From Eledone cirrhosa (lineage: Eukaryota): a DNA stretch of 64,000 nucleotides. Below the pieces are notes generated by a model that saw only the letters and a program-made list of their open reading frames with translations, was not told where the DNA came from and did not search any database. The stretch spans positions 134,044,001-134,108,000 of the forward strand of contig OZ024742.1 of the NCBI GenBank assembly GCA_964016885.1. Direction: 5' to 3'. Made by a program: the position numbers and the translations under genes. Below are positions 1 through 14,585 of this stretch, one piece after another (the first letter of the stretch is position 1; every line of letters begins with the position of its first letter).

Positions 1-531
1 GCTCAACAGTTTCAGGTTGATATATATAATAGTTCCGATTTGTTCTGTAATTTAAAGGTACTATTTGGCGGTTAAAACACCGGCCGCGCCCCAGGCCCCA
101 TGGCTAATTAAGCCACGCCGAGTATTTTCATTTACTGAAAGAAGGGGAATTTATTTTTCCAAGCACTCCAGGTGAGCCCGTTCGCCAGGGAGCTGGTCGC
201 GCCGCCGCCAAAACCCACCCAACGGTCCGACAGAAAGTTGGAACTTTAGAATTTTGCTTAACTCTATCGGATGAAGTTGAAAGAATTCAGAATAACATTC
301 AGAATAACATTCAGAATAACATTATGAAACTAAGGAGTAAGAGGATTGAGAATTGAACAAACAGAAAATTGAAGATTAGACATTCAAATAACTTCTATGA
401 GGTTTTGGGTTGCGGGGTTTAATTAAATAGTCTTTTATGAAGAAACGTTAATTGTATTATGTAGATCTGTAATTTATCCTAGTGGGATGTAGAGTGCGGG
501 ATATAGTCGTGTAATGTTTAATTTTTGTTCT

Positions 532-1075
532 CAGGAGGAGACATTCTAGTGTCGTGTGCTAATGGGTACAGGTCCCAATGTGAGGAGTAGAAATACATGG
601 ATACATAGAAGTGGAATACGTGGAAGAGCACATTGGTACAGCAGAGGTATAAATATATAAACATATCAATATATACGTATAAACATGTAAATAAACCAAC
701 AAGAGTGGTGTTGGAGTAAGATGGAGAAATCAGGACATTAATACAGCAAACAAAGATGTGAAGATATAGATAAACAAACAATAGTCGTTGTCTAGTAAAT
801 GTAGAGTTCAAGAGACAGGAGAAATACAATATAGTTCGGGTTGCGGTATTTATGTTCCCAGGGGGAAATATTCCAGTGACGTGTGCTGAGGGTACACGCG
901 AGTAAAAGTCCGAATAAGGGAAGTAGAAAGTACATGGATGTATAGAGGTAGAATACGTGGAGGAGCATCAATACAGCAAATAAAGATGTAAAGATATAAA
1001 TAAACAAACAAGAGTCGTTGTCTATTAAATGGAGAGTTCAAGACACAGGAGAAATATAATATAGTTCAAGTTGCA
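532..1075. repeat. Diverged internal tandem duplication
   Basis: 764-838 resembles 994-1067, and 532-660 resembles 855-975. Confidence 0.7.
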
Positions 1076-1567
1076 GTCAGATAATGCATATGGATGTGGA
1101 AACAGTGCGTGTTCGAGTCTGGGAGTTCAGTGTGAGTTATACATGCCCAGAAGTATAGGGTAGCCATTTAGTTAATTCAGTGCAGTACAATACATGTTAT
1201 GGTCCAGTCCGTGGAGTTTCGTCGAAGTTCGGATATTCTGTGAGGGGAGTAGCAAAGGGCCAGGCGAAAGCACCGGGTAGCCAAAGTTCGAATTGTGGTT
1301 AGATATATTCAGTCCCATGCCGCTGTTGATTATTACATTTTGAAGTGCTCAACATTTCAGGAGCGTTATTTATTCAGGTTTGAGGTTCACCACTGTATAG
1401 AGATGGTCTATTCCGTATGGTCAATCGTAATGCAATAATATAGAGAGTACTCAACGTAAAGCAGTTCAACCGTCTTTGTTTTTGTAGTTGGTGGTGCTAT
1501 TACGGAGTTAAATATTATAATGAAATGACAGGAGGCTGGATTTGTGTAAATCCTTGAAAGGTTTATT

Positions 1568-1625
1568 ATACTATGATCATTTCAATGACCGGGTTCCGTA
1601 TGAATCCGGTGATATCATCAGGTAT
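1568..1625 (-). ncRNA. Type I hammerhead ribozyme
   Basis: Minus strand: ATAC-CTGATGA-stem II (ACCGGATTC/GAACCCGGT)-GAAA-TGATCA-TA-GTAT. Confidence 0.85.
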
Positions 1626-2523
1626 TCGAAATATAATACGTGAATGTAATAGGTAAAATCCATGGGGCTGAAAATCGAGACCCGAGGGCGACCGCTATTC
1701 TGTTCCTTCAACCTCAGCCGGTCGCCCTGGAGTGACGTGGCTAAATTTTATAGTATGCTACTACCGGTCAGATGAACGAAAACAGAAAGAGATGGGAGCA
1801 TAGGTTAACGTCGATCCCATGACACAAGGTAAAAGAAAGAAAGAAAGGAAGGAGAAGAAGGGGGAAGAAAGAAGAAGAGAAGTCAGGGTTAATGTCAGCT
1901 AAAAGAGGAAGGTAACTACTACTGGTCAGATATAGGCAAGCAAGAGGGGGAAGGAATATAAGTCTGCAGGGAGGAGGAGAGGAGAGAAGGAAGGGAAGAG
2001 ATAAGTAGAAAAGTAAGGGTTGATGGCTACAAGAAGGAAGATAGAAAGGAAGAGGAAGAAAGGTCGATATTAATGTCAGACCACAGTCAAGCCAGGAGTG
2101 ACGCGAGAAAATTTTCACAGGGACCCGCATCTTAGCGGAAATGGATATATTGGGAGTCAGTGTTTTACAGTGTTTAGACTTCTAGGATGAAGTTAAAAAA
2201 ATTTAATAATCAATATTCAATATTAAAGAGATTAGAAAATTTAAAGTTCAACAGTTTAACAATTAATTATATAATAGTTCCGATTTGTTCTGTAATTTAA
2301 AGGTACTATTTGGCGGTTAAAACAACGGCCGCGCCCCGGGCCCCAAGGCGAACTAAGCCACGCCGAGTATTTTCATTTACTGAAAGAAGGGGAAATTTAT
2401 TTTTCCAAGCACTCTAGGTGAGCTCGTTCGCCACGGAGCTGGTCGCGTCGCCATTAAAACCCACCCAACAGTCCGACAGTAAAACCTGGATTTTACCTAT
2501 TACTTTCACGTATTATATTTCGA

Positions 2524-2581
2524 ATACCTGATGATATCACCGGATTCATACGGAACCCGGTCATTGAAATGATCATAGTAT
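2524..2581 (+). ncRNA. Type I hammerhead ribozyme (inverted copy)
   Basis: ATAC CTGATGA tatcaccggattcatacggaacccggtcatt GAAA TGATCA TA GTAT. Confidence 0.85.
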
Positions 2582-2629
2582 AATAAACCTTTCAAGGATT
2601 TACACAAATCCAGCCTCCTGTCATTTCAT

Positions 2630-2699
<70 letters not shown>

Positions 2700-2725
2700 T
2701 ATATATATATATATATATTTATATA

Positions 2726-2764
<39 letters not shown>

Positions 2765-2877
2765 GTTTGAATATGTATAATAAAGCCAAAACAATGCAGG
2801 TATGGACATAGAAAAATGAATGCAATTGCAAAAGATATTGTTGACAAATCGTCTTTTACCTTAGATTTATTTAAATG

Positions 2878-2914
2878 TCCTTAATTTTCGAGGTAATATC
2901 TCTTCTTCAGAGGG
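2878..2914 (-). ncRNA. Minimal type I hammerhead ribozyme downstream of a PLE EN ORF
   Basis: Minus strand: CCT-CTGAAGA-agagatattacctc-GAAA-ATT-A-AGG. Short stems. Confidence 0.6.
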
Positions 2915-3298
2915 AAATAAAGGTCTCAAACCAGCCATCTAGATATCTTGCCAAGCCACGCTGACAGGAAATAGTATAGAGTATCTGTTCTATCTCTAAT
3001 GTCAAAGAGTTAAAATTAGATGGATAAAGAGTAGTCTCCCTTTAAAAGGGGTTTGTTTAGGGTTTATTTTTTTTTTTTTTTATATATATGCCTCTTTAAG
3101 TGTGTGGGAGAAGGCATGAAGGTGTAAGTATGTGAGTGTGTGTGTGTGAGTGTGAGAAGATAAGTCTATTCGTAAATGTGGGGGATAGGTGTTATCTGGT
3201 GTTAGAACTGGTTTTGTGTGTGTATGTGTGAGAGAGAATAAGTGGATGTGTAAGCATGTGTGTGTGTAGGGTGTGTAAATATGGGGCTAGGAGCCCTA

Positions 3299-3761
3299 TC
3301 AGGTTATAAATTGGGTGTTGAGTTCTAGTCTATTATTGATTGGTGGTTGTGTTTTATCTATAATTAGTGCTTCCTTAATTCTAAGATTGCCGAGGTTTCT
3401 TTCCTTAGTTTCTATCCTAACTGTTATGGTTTTGTCGGTGTTTTTGCATTTAACTAGGTGTTTCTTAAATGAGGAAGCGTTAGTATTGAGGTGTTCTTTT
3501 ATTTTTATCTGGAGTGGTCGGGTGGTGCTACCTACGTAGAAGTTGTTGCATTTGTCACACTCTAGTCTGTATACGACGTAAGCCTGGTGGCATAGGTCTG
3601 TGTCGTTGATGGGGCAGTTGGCTAGTCTGCAGCAGTTGTCATGTCTGGTGGAGTGTCTTTTGGTTAGCTGTCCGCGTAGAGAAGGACCTGAGTGGGCCAG
3701 TTGGATATCTAGTCCCTCTCGTCTGATGGCTCTGCGGATGGCTGTTGTTGTTTCTTCACTG
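3299..3761 (-). pseudogene. Inverted copy of the PLE GIY-YIG endonuclease
   Basis: ORF 3299..3847: VVYRLECDKCNNFYVGSTTRPLQIKIKEH. Confidence 0.9.
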
Positions 3762-4426
3762 CCAAGTTCGGATACATAAAGAACGAACTGGCACGTATCC
3801 AGAACAAATGCACCGACGCAAGAGACCGAGACACACACACCACACATTTCCTGAAAGTACTCAAACTAAACGGATACACGACATCCACCACAAACCGTGC
3901 CAGAAAGAACAGAGGACACCACACCCGAGGCACTAACACTTGCTTCCTGAAGTTCCCACACTTCAGTGAAGAAACAACAACAGCCATCCGCAGAGCCATC
4001 AGACGAGAGGGACTAGATATCCAACTGGCCCACTCAGGTCCTTCTTTACGCGGAGAGCTAACCAAAAGACACTCCACCAGACATGACAACTGCTGCAGAC
4101 TAGCCAACTGCCTCATCAACGACACATACCTATGCCACCAGGCTTACGTCGTATACAGACTAGAGTGTGACAAATGCAACAACTTCTACGTAGGTAGCAC
4201 CACCCGACCACTCCACATAAGAATAAAAGAACACCTCAATACTAACGCTTCCTCATTTAAGAAACACCTAGTTAAATGCAAAAACACCGACAAAACCATA
4301 ACAGTTAGGATAGAAACTAAGGAAAGAAACCTCGGCAATCTTAGAATTAAGGAAGCACTAATTATAGATAAAACACAACCACCAATCAATAATAGAATAG
4401 AACTCAACACCAAATTTATAACCTGA
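3761..4426 (+). pseudogene. 5'-truncated PLE ORF: RT thumb/linker + GIY-YIG endonuclease
   Basis: Open frame without a start codon: ...LKLNGY...VVYRLECDKCNNFYVGSTTRPLHIRIKEH...LRIKEALII...INNR. Confidence 0.9.
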
Positions 4427-4753
4427 TAGGGCTCCTAGCCCCATATTTACACACCCCACACACACACATGCTTACACCTCCACTTATACTCTCTCACACA
4501 TACACACACAAAACCAGTTCTAACAGCAGATAACACCTATCCCCCACATTTACGAATAGACTTATCTTCTCACACTCACACACACACACTCACATAGTTA
4601 CACCTTCATGCCTTCTCCCACAGACTTAAACAGGCATATATATAAAAAAACAACAAAAAAACCCTCCTTTTAAAGGGAGACTACTCTTTATCCATCTAAT
4701 TTTAACTCTTTGACATTAGAGATAGAACAGATACTCTATACTATTTCCTGTCA

Positions 4754-5203
4754 TATGTATGTATATGTATGTGTGTATGGCTATGTTTGTGTATGTGTAT
4801 GCTTGTAGACATATATATATATGTATATGTATATATATATATACGTATGTATATGTGTGTATGTATATGTATATATATATATACGTATGTATATGTGTGT
4901 ATGTATATGTATTTATATTTATGTTTCTATGTGTATGTGAGTATATATGTGTGTGTGGTTGTATATATGCATGTGTATGTATGGATGTGTTGATATTTAT
5001 GTGCGTATGTATATATGTGTATATGTATGTTTGTGTGTATTTATATACACATATATGTGTGTATATATGTGTGTGTGTGTATGTATGAGTGTATGTATAT
5101 GTATATGTATGTGTTTGTGTGTATTTATATACACATATATGTGTGTATATATGCGTGTATGTATATGTATTTATATTTATGTTTCTATGTGTATGTATGT
5201 GTG

Positions 5204-5234
<31 letters not shown>

Positions 5235-5255
5235 ATGTATGAGTGTATGTATATG

Positions 5256-5322
<67 letters not shown>

Positions 5323-5370
5323 ATGTATGCTTTTGTGTGTGAGTGTGCGTGTTTATGTGTGTGTGGTTGC
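4754..5370. repeat. Degenerate (TG/TA)n microsatellite
   Basis: Direct reading. Confidence 0.95.
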
Positions 5371-5481
5371 ATGTGTAGTTTTATTTAATGTTTCCTTTCC
5401 ATCTTCCTTCTCCAGCCTCACTTTCATATAGATTGCATTTTTGTTTTTAAAATCCAAATTCAATAAAAAGACGAGGACTCT

Positions 5482-5538
5482 TTCATTCTGATGATTGAAC
5501 GCAAAATCTTTTGCTTTTAAAGAACATTGGTAAATGGA
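5482..5538 (+). ncRNA. Degenerate type I hammerhead ribozyme
   Basis: TTCATT-CTGATGA-stem II (GCAAAA/TTTTGC)-AGAA instead of GAAA-CATTGG-TA-AATGGA. Confidence 0.5.
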
Positions 5539-5576
5539 ATAATTGCCTTATGTTGTTTATTACATAACTATATAAT

Positions 5577-5577
<1 letters not shown>

Positions 5578-5628
<51 letters not shown>

Positions 5629-5642
5629 CAATATATATATAT

Positions 5643-5681
<39 letters not shown>

Positions 5682-5819
5682 CAATATATATATATATATC
5701 ATATATATATATATATATATATAACAATATATATATATATGATATATATATATATAAATATATGATATATATATATATATATATCATATATATATATATA
5801 TAACAATATATATATATAT

Positions 5820-5852
<33 letters not shown>

Positions 5853-6139
5853 CAATATATATATATATCATATATATATATATATATAACAATATATATA
5901 TATCATATATATATATAACAATATATATATATATCATATATATATATATATATAACAATATATATATATATATCATATATATATATATATATATATATCA
6001 TATATATATAACAATATATATATATATATCATATATATATATATATATATCATATATATATAACAATATATATATATATGTCATATATATATATATATAT
6101 CATATATATATATATAACAATATATATATATATATATAT

Positions 6140-6174
<35 letters not shown>

Positions 6175-6192
6175 TATATATATATATATATC

Positions 6193-6253
<61 letters not shown>

Positions 6254-6312
6254 CATATATATATATATATATCATATATATATATATATATCATATATAT
6301 ATATATATATAT

Positions 6313-6383
<71 letters not shown>

Positions 6384-6478
6384 TATATATATATATCATA
6401 TATATATCATATATATATATATATATATCATATATACCATATATATATATATATCATATATATCATATATATATATAT

Positions 6479-6510
<32 letters not shown>
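5578..6510. repeat. (TA)n with recurring TCATA and ACAATA interruptions
   Basis: Direct reading. Confidence 0.95.
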
Positions 6511-6517
<7 letters not shown>

Positions 6518-6583
6518 GTGAGGTTTTTTTTACAAAATGAAAAATAACCGAGGTGTCCTACACGAGTGAAAGTATAAAGAAAA

Positions 6584-6862
6584 GGAGATGAAATCGAAAA
6601 TGCAACTGAAGTCTATTTTTTTTAAAAATATATATATTTATTTGGTTCCTTTACCGGTTTCGCAGTTCTTCTGCTTTTCAAAAGGTGAGTTTAGATGGAA
6701 GGTCTGTGGTTTTTCTCACATCAGATGTGAGAAAAACCACAGACCCTCCATCTCAACTCAACTTTTGAAAAGCAGAAGAACTGCGAAACCGGTAAAGGAA
6801 CCAAATAAATATATATATTTAAAAAAAAAATAAGACTTCAGTTGCATTTTCGATTTCATCTC
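6584..6862. mobile_element. ~280-bp palindrome of PLE termini with a degenerate HHR in each arm (6648-6685 minus, 6762-6798 plus)
   Basis: Mirror centre ~6722. Motif CCTT-TTGAAAA-GCAG aagaa CTGC-GAAA-CCGG-TA-AAGG. Confidence 0.7.
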
Positions 6863-6868
6863 TTTTTC

Positions 6869-6959
<91 letters not shown>

Positions 6960-7074
6960 TATATATATATATAAATATATGTATATATCATGTATATATA
7001 TATATGATGATTTCTCACGAATGAAACAGTTATAAACCTGTAGAAGCTCTACTATAGTTATATTTATATATTAC

Positions 7075-7255
7075 TTAGTGATCAGGGTGTTGAACCTACG
7101 ATCATAATGCCGTGGGTTCGATTCATGGGTAGCATATTGTCTTGAGCAAAACACTTCATTTCACGTGGTTCAAATATACTCAGCTGAATAAAGTGAATAC
7201 CAGCAATAGCTGCGTGTTTAATAGTGCGATGGACTGGCGTCCTGTCCAGAGCGTG
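7075..7255 (+). mobile_element. Diverged tRNA-derived SINE (CORE-like)
   Basis: B box GGTTCGATTC, GTCTTGAGCAAAACACTT core, GCGATGGACTGGCGTCCTGTCCAG tail motif. Confidence 0.6.
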
Positions 7256-7258
7256 TTA

Positions 7259-7590
7259 CCCCAGAGTTTGATTATAAGTTGTTCCTTAATTTATGGTATT
7301 ATTCTGTCTAGTATAAACTTACTAATTCTGCCTATATCTGATTTTCAAGGACATATCAATGTAATAATAGGGTTAGTCTCGAAGTTACATTTATGATCCT
7401 TCAGAATAAAAGTGGGTTCACAATGTGTTAGAGGTTATTTTAAGTTTTTTACCATGTTAAGGCCTTCCTTGTTAATGCTTTTGAGTGCAGACTCAGTAGT
7501 CTTCTTGTATTTTTATGTAATTCCAGGCGTATAAAGCTGTATGTATTAAGGCTCATAGTGTATACGTTAGATGTTTTATCTGCCTTTCTC
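7259..7590 (-). pseudogene. Penelope-like RT N-terminal fragment
   Basis: Minus strand: ADKTSNVY ... FILKDHKCNFETNP..LICP*KSDIGRISKFILD. Confidence 0.75.
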
Positions 7591-7830
7591 TTCCTCCTAC
7601 TTCATACTTCTATTTTTCTTCTCTACCTTTACTACATCTATCCCCCCTCTTTTCGATCTATCTGTATCTTCATTATTAATATTATTTTTATTTTGATGTG
7701 ATAGTTTGATTTCGTAATTTTGCCGGTTATGCATATAACTGAATTTTCTATTTCTCTTATGTCTTTCTTTTCCTCCTCTCCTTTCCATCTGTCCCCCTTC
7801 CTTTATCTCTCTCTATATATTCATTATTAA

Positions 7831-7927
7831 TATTTTATCGACCCCTTACGGAGTCGATAAAATAAAGTACCAGTTATACACTGGGTAATTGCTGGCCTTG
7901 TACCACAAGTAGAAACAATTATTATTG
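7831..7927 (+). mobile_element. 5'-truncated Nin-domain SINE with short 5' inversion
   Basis: GTCGATAAAATAAAGTACCAG...GCTGGCCTTGTACC...GAAACAATTATTATT, preceded by inverted ATTTTATCGAC. Confidence 0.75.
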
Positions 7928-8311
7928 ATTTGGTAATTTGAATTTATAAATTTACTGTTACGCATATATTTTGTATTATTTCTCATTTTATGATGAAATG
8001 ATATAGGTAGCATGTATTTTAAATTGAGTGCCACTGCCTGCAGTGTTTATCAATTTTTAGACAACTCTATTATGGAAACAATTGTTAGACTTTAAATAAA
8101 TTTCCTTGTTTGTACTGTTGACCATGTTATTAATCACTTTTTTCAATTGTATTACTCCAAAATGTACTTACATTGGAATACATGTGAAGTCATAAACTCG
8201 TCATCCACGTAAACCTCTTGTTGAGTCACACAACACCGTTCGCTTAAACTATCCATGATAAGTAGTTTTCAGAACCTCTTATCGGATTACCTTTAACGAT
8301 ATATTGTTATC

Positions 8312-8359
<48 letters not shown>

Positions 8360-8367
8360 TGTATATG

Positions 8368-8439
<72 letters not shown>

Positions 8440-8442
<3 letters not shown>

Positions 8443-9652
8443 GCAGAAATCTGGGACCGCTATGGGAACGAAAACAGCCCCCACTTATGCCAACCTAGTC
8501 ATGGGATACCTGGAAATCCCCCTCTACACTAAAGTACTAAACAAATTTGGAAACACTCTCCACTTACACATAGAAAGGAACTGGAAGCGATATCTAGATG
8601 ACTGCTTCATCCTTTGGCACGAAAACATCGAGAAACTTAAATAATTTCACACCCGTATAACTGGGCTCAACACGAATATTAACTTCACGATGGAATACAG
8701 CCATCAACAACTCCCCTTCCTCGACATCCGCATTAAGATCCATAACAAAAAAATAGAAACAGGCATATACTACAAGCCCACAGACTCCAAGCAATATCTT
8801 CCTTTCAACTCTTGCCACTCTAGACACGTGAAAATTAATATTCCCTACAACTTAGCCAAGAGAATCTGTACTATAGTCTCCAATAAAAACACCTGCTACT
8901 TACGGCTACAAGAACTAAAGGACACACTCATAGGCAGATACTACCCTGCATCACTAATTGACAATGGAATCCAACGTGCCCTAAAACTCAGTACCCAGGA
9001 CCTTAGACACCCTAAAGTAAATCAACCGAAACTAAAAGCTCTTCCATACATCTCCACACACAACCCCCTCAACAATGAGGCCTTTGACACCATCCTCCAG
9101 AACATCACTGTGTTGAAAAAGGACCATAGAATGAACCAAATCCTTCGAACACACGATATCATAAAGAGCAAAAGACAATCTAAGTCAATGAAAAACATCC
9201 TAAGACATGCCAAAGTACTGCCAACCACAGCAACGAAACCCACAGTAAAAAAATGCGATAGACCCAGCTGTGGCATATGCATCAACCTAATAGAGGGTTT
9301 GGAATTATATTTCAAAGAAGAACAACGTTTTATAGTAAAACACAATTTTACATGCGCATCAGAAAATCTAATATATGTATTAATTTGCTCAGGTTGTCGA
9401 GAACAATACATAGGCCAGACCAAAAACAGCCTCCGCCAAAGCATGACTGTCCATAGATCCCAAATTAAAATACGGGAATACAAGAAAATACCAGTGAGTG
9501 AACACATTGATACCTGTGCCGCCCAAAATCATCCCAACTTCAGAAACTTTCCCCTCTACAAATTTAAATATAATGCCACCCACACACAGCGCATCAGCAA
9601 GGAATCTTACTTTATTACCAAATACGGACCCCATCTAAACACTTCTCCCTAA
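8440..9652 (+). pseudogene. Penelope-like (Neptune-type) RT + GIY-YIG ORF, 5'-truncated at (TA)n, one in-frame stop
   Basis: [25 protein letters not shown], Cys linker CDRPSCGIC, NLIYVLICSGC..YIGQT. Stop at 8642-8644. Confidence 0.92.
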
Positions 9653-10314
9653 GACGAACCCACAACATACACACGTCAACATACATACCTATATCAGCAT
9701 ACATCTCTACCCACATATAAACACAATGACATACGTAAACACACATGCTCTATGGTGCAACACAAGTATACACAACTTTGCATACCTTTTGATGTATATA
9801 GATATAAACGTGCCGACACACACACATACATAAACGCACACATGCAATGCACACTGATGGGCACATACATATTTGTACACAAGTATTCCAATACGGCAAG
9901 GTCTAATGGATTCCCCTTGCAGTACGTACAATCTGACCACACTCCAGATAACATATTTGTACACAGGTATACAATTTCTGGATACACTCCAGATATATAT
10001 TTGTACACAGGTATTCCAATACGTCAAGGCCTAATGGATTCCCCTTGCAGTACCTACAATCTGGACACACTCACACACACCTTGGTATTATGCCAATACT
10101 ATATATCATTACACACCTTTTATTATTAAGGTTTTTGATGTTCTATTGAGAGAATCGATTTTACTGAAAATATCGAATAATGTACACTATTTCACCAGTA
10201 CCACAAAAATAATGACTGCCCCCCCCCCCCCCCACACGTGTATGCGCACACACGCACATATATACACACACACATACACACGCGTACATTAACATACAAA
10301 GAGACATATATACA

Positions 10315-10359
<45 letters not shown>

Positions 10360-10369
10360 TTGTTTTGAA

Positions 10370-10778
10370 AGACTTATTTTTCAGTGACTTCTCAATCAGC
10401 CGACACAAACCTACATTTGGCACAAAATCAATTTTTAACATGCACATGACCTCTACCGACCAATCAAAATTGTTTTGACCACAAGAATTTTTGCAACACG
10501 AATTGGTGCAACACTAATTTTAATACCGCTGGAGCCACTTTTTTAACTTAAAAACAGGTAGAATTTCCAAAACTAATCAGATTAGAGCAAAGATCACGGA
10601 CGCTCTATCACAAAATTATTTTTGAAAAGCATTAGAAATGTGCAACCGGTAAAACTTAAAACCAGAACTGAATACTAACCAATTCTATTACTAATTCTCA
10701 CTGTGAACAATTTGTCAGCATTTTCTTTTCCGTTTACCAATATATCATAACTTGTGTGTTACACCTCTATTCTTTTAA
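10370..10778. mobile_element. PLE-like terminal fragment, homologous to 21906-22142
   Basis: Shared ACTGTGAACAATTTGTCAGCATTTTC...GTGTTACACCTCTATTCTTTTA. Confidence 0.55.
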
Positions 10779-12243
<1,465 letters not shown>

Positions 12244-12391
12244 AGATTTTGAGTTTATGTTGGTTGTATACCAATCCTCAGTATGCAGGCTGGAGCACTC
12301 GACGAAGTGCGCAGATTGGTTTGGTTACTCCGGAGTAGTGTAAAATAAAGTTAAATAAAAGTCAAATGATTAAAATTTAGCTTCGTTTATT

Positions 12392-12446
12392 ACTGCTATA
12401 TATATTTCAGTGACAGCCATCTTTGGCTGTGACCTCTTCAGGCAGT
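12392..12446 (-). ncRNA. Type I hammerhead ribozyme
   Basis: Minus strand: ACTGC-CTGAAGA-GGTCACAGCCA aaga TGGCTGTCACT-GAAA-TATATA-TA-GCAGT. Confidence 0.9.
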
Positions 12447-12955
12447 TTGAATTAGTATGGTATAGACAAGTACATATGTTGTTCAGGTGTATGATATTGT
12501 CAATACTCTGATATGCCCAGTTCCTTGCTGGGTTGTTAATTCACTGGGGAACTGGAGTCATATGAATTCAAACAAACGAATTTTCGTGTCGCAGGTCCCC
12601 TTCTCCTCTCATTGGTCAGTTATTAGTGTTCTCATTGTTGGATTTAGCTTAAAAATTGATAAAATGGTAGAAGGGACAAGGTGTTGAATGAACAAATTAT
12701 CAAAAAATGTGTCAAACTTCCCATTGTTCAGTTCTGAGAGCATTCCTCAGTCAGAAGTCTATAGAATTCTTTCTGGGGTGAGGCTCCCTGTAGTGTTTAT
12801 GCCTGCTATTGTTCAGTACATTTGACCTCCACCATTATTTTGGTACTGTTGTTGTTGTAGTGGTCAGCTTATACCTTGCTGCTGCTAACAATTTAGAAGT
12901 ACTTCTAAATTTAACCATCTTTTGATCTTATATTATATATATATATATATATGTG

Positions 12956-13123
<168 letters not shown>

Positions 13124-13135
13124 TATATATATATG

Positions 13136-13166
<31 letters not shown>

Positions 13167-13174
13167 GTATATAA

Positions 13175-13211
<37 letters not shown>

Positions 13212-13274
13212 TATAAATATATATATATATATGTATGAAGTATAAGAATCAAAGAACTGTTCAAAACATTATTG

Positions 13275-13321
13275 TGCTTACAGCTGTTTCCTCCAAACCG
13301 AGGTTTGGATTCTTCGGAGCA
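13275..13321 (-). ncRNA. Type I hammerhead ribozyme, CCGAAGA core variant
   Basis: TGCT-CCGAAGA-aTCCAAACC tc GGTTTGGAg-GAAA-CAGCTG-TA-AGCA. Confidence 0.75.
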
Positions 13322-14538
13322 ATTTATTAATGCATGGACAGTTATATGACCTCCTTTTCAGCCGAGAGACATACCAATACATATTCAAACATTGATACAT
13401 ATTCAAACATTGTGGGTCAACATTCATTACAGAATTTAGAGTGGCAGTACACACTTCGAGATTACATTTATATTAATAGGTACAATCAAAAATCAAAGAT
13501 ATAGGTTAAAGTACAACATGAAGATAAGTGGTTATATAGTGCAAATGTTATATGTGTGGCACGCATGTGCGTCTTGTTTATATAGTGTGGCAGAGAGATA
13601 TGTGTGGTAGAGGCACTTAGGTAGGTAAATAAGAGTGTTAGGTTGGTAGATCTGGTGGCAAAGTCTTTATATGATTGATATAGTCTGTGTGTGGAGAAAT
13701 ATTATAAGCATTAAAGATAGTGCAAGCATTAAAAGTGTTATAAGTATTGGAGATGCACAGCGCAGGGATGTCAAGTAATTCATGTACTTCGGCATTTTCA
13801 TGGTCAAGGGAGTGTATATTTCGATTATATGCCTTTCACATAATCCACGACAATCCAGTTAGAGATCGTAGTCTGGTGTTCTTTAGTTCGATACAGGAGG
13901 TTGTTACGTTTCGAGAAACGCCATTGAATACCGGAAGTGTGTGTGTGGCTAAGGGGAGTTAATGCATGCGGGGAGGTAACTCTGGGGTTTCTATATCTAG
14001 CCATTAAAATGTGTCCCAATATAGACCCTAAATTCTATGGTGAGGTGCACCTTCCAAGAGAGACTTTTAAAGCATAAAGTGTACTAACTATAGAGTAGTT
14101 TTAAAGCATAAAGTGTACTAACTATAGAGTAGTTTAACTAAATTATGCTGAAGGTGATCATATTATTATTAAGGTGGATTAATCCATCATAATCTGATTA
14201 ACCACCAGATCTACCAACCTAACACTCTTATTTACCTACCTAAGTGCCTCTACCACACATATCTCTCTGCCACACTATATAAACAAGACGCACATGCGTG
14301 CCACACATATAACATTTGCACTATATAACCACTTATCTTCATGTTGTACTTTAACCTATATCTTTGATTTTTGATTGTACCTATTAATATAAATGTAATC
14401 TCGAAGTGTGTACTGCCACTCTAAATTCTGTAATGAATGTTGACCCACAATGTTTGAATATGTATCAATGTTTGAATATGTATTGGTATGTCTCTCGGCT
14501 GAAAAGGAGGTCATATAACTGTCCATGCATTAATAAAT

Positions 14539-14585
14539 TGCTCCGAAGAATCCAAACCTCGGTTTGGAGGAAACAGCTGTAAGCA
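14539..14585 (+). ncRNA. Type I hammerhead ribozyme, CCGAAGA core variant (inverted copy)
   Basis: Same motif on the plus strand. Confidence 0.75.

Larger units (their letters stand above)
1..2633 (-). mobile_element. Non-autonomous Penelope-like / retrozyme-like element, partial tandem with inverted terminal segment
   Basis: 1-230 recurs at ~2246-2480 (offset 2245). 1516-1662 is inverted at 2487-2633 and contains an HHR. Ends in (TA)n. No RT/EN ORF seen. Homologous to 62145-64000. Confidence 0.7.
2962..4753. mobile_element. Penelope-like element in head-to-head palindrome (arms 2962-3761 and 3964-4753)
   Basis: Two ~800-bp near-identical inverted arms, each encoding a GIY-YIG endonuclease region plus 3' UTR. 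Confidence 0.9.

Noticed and set aside
8040-8310. Minus-strand YVDD-like motif
   Set aside because: Too decayed to support an RT call
10120-10180. Expected HHR at the 3' end of the 8440-9652 PLE
   Set aside because: Only TTTGATG and GAAA fragments; no consistent fold
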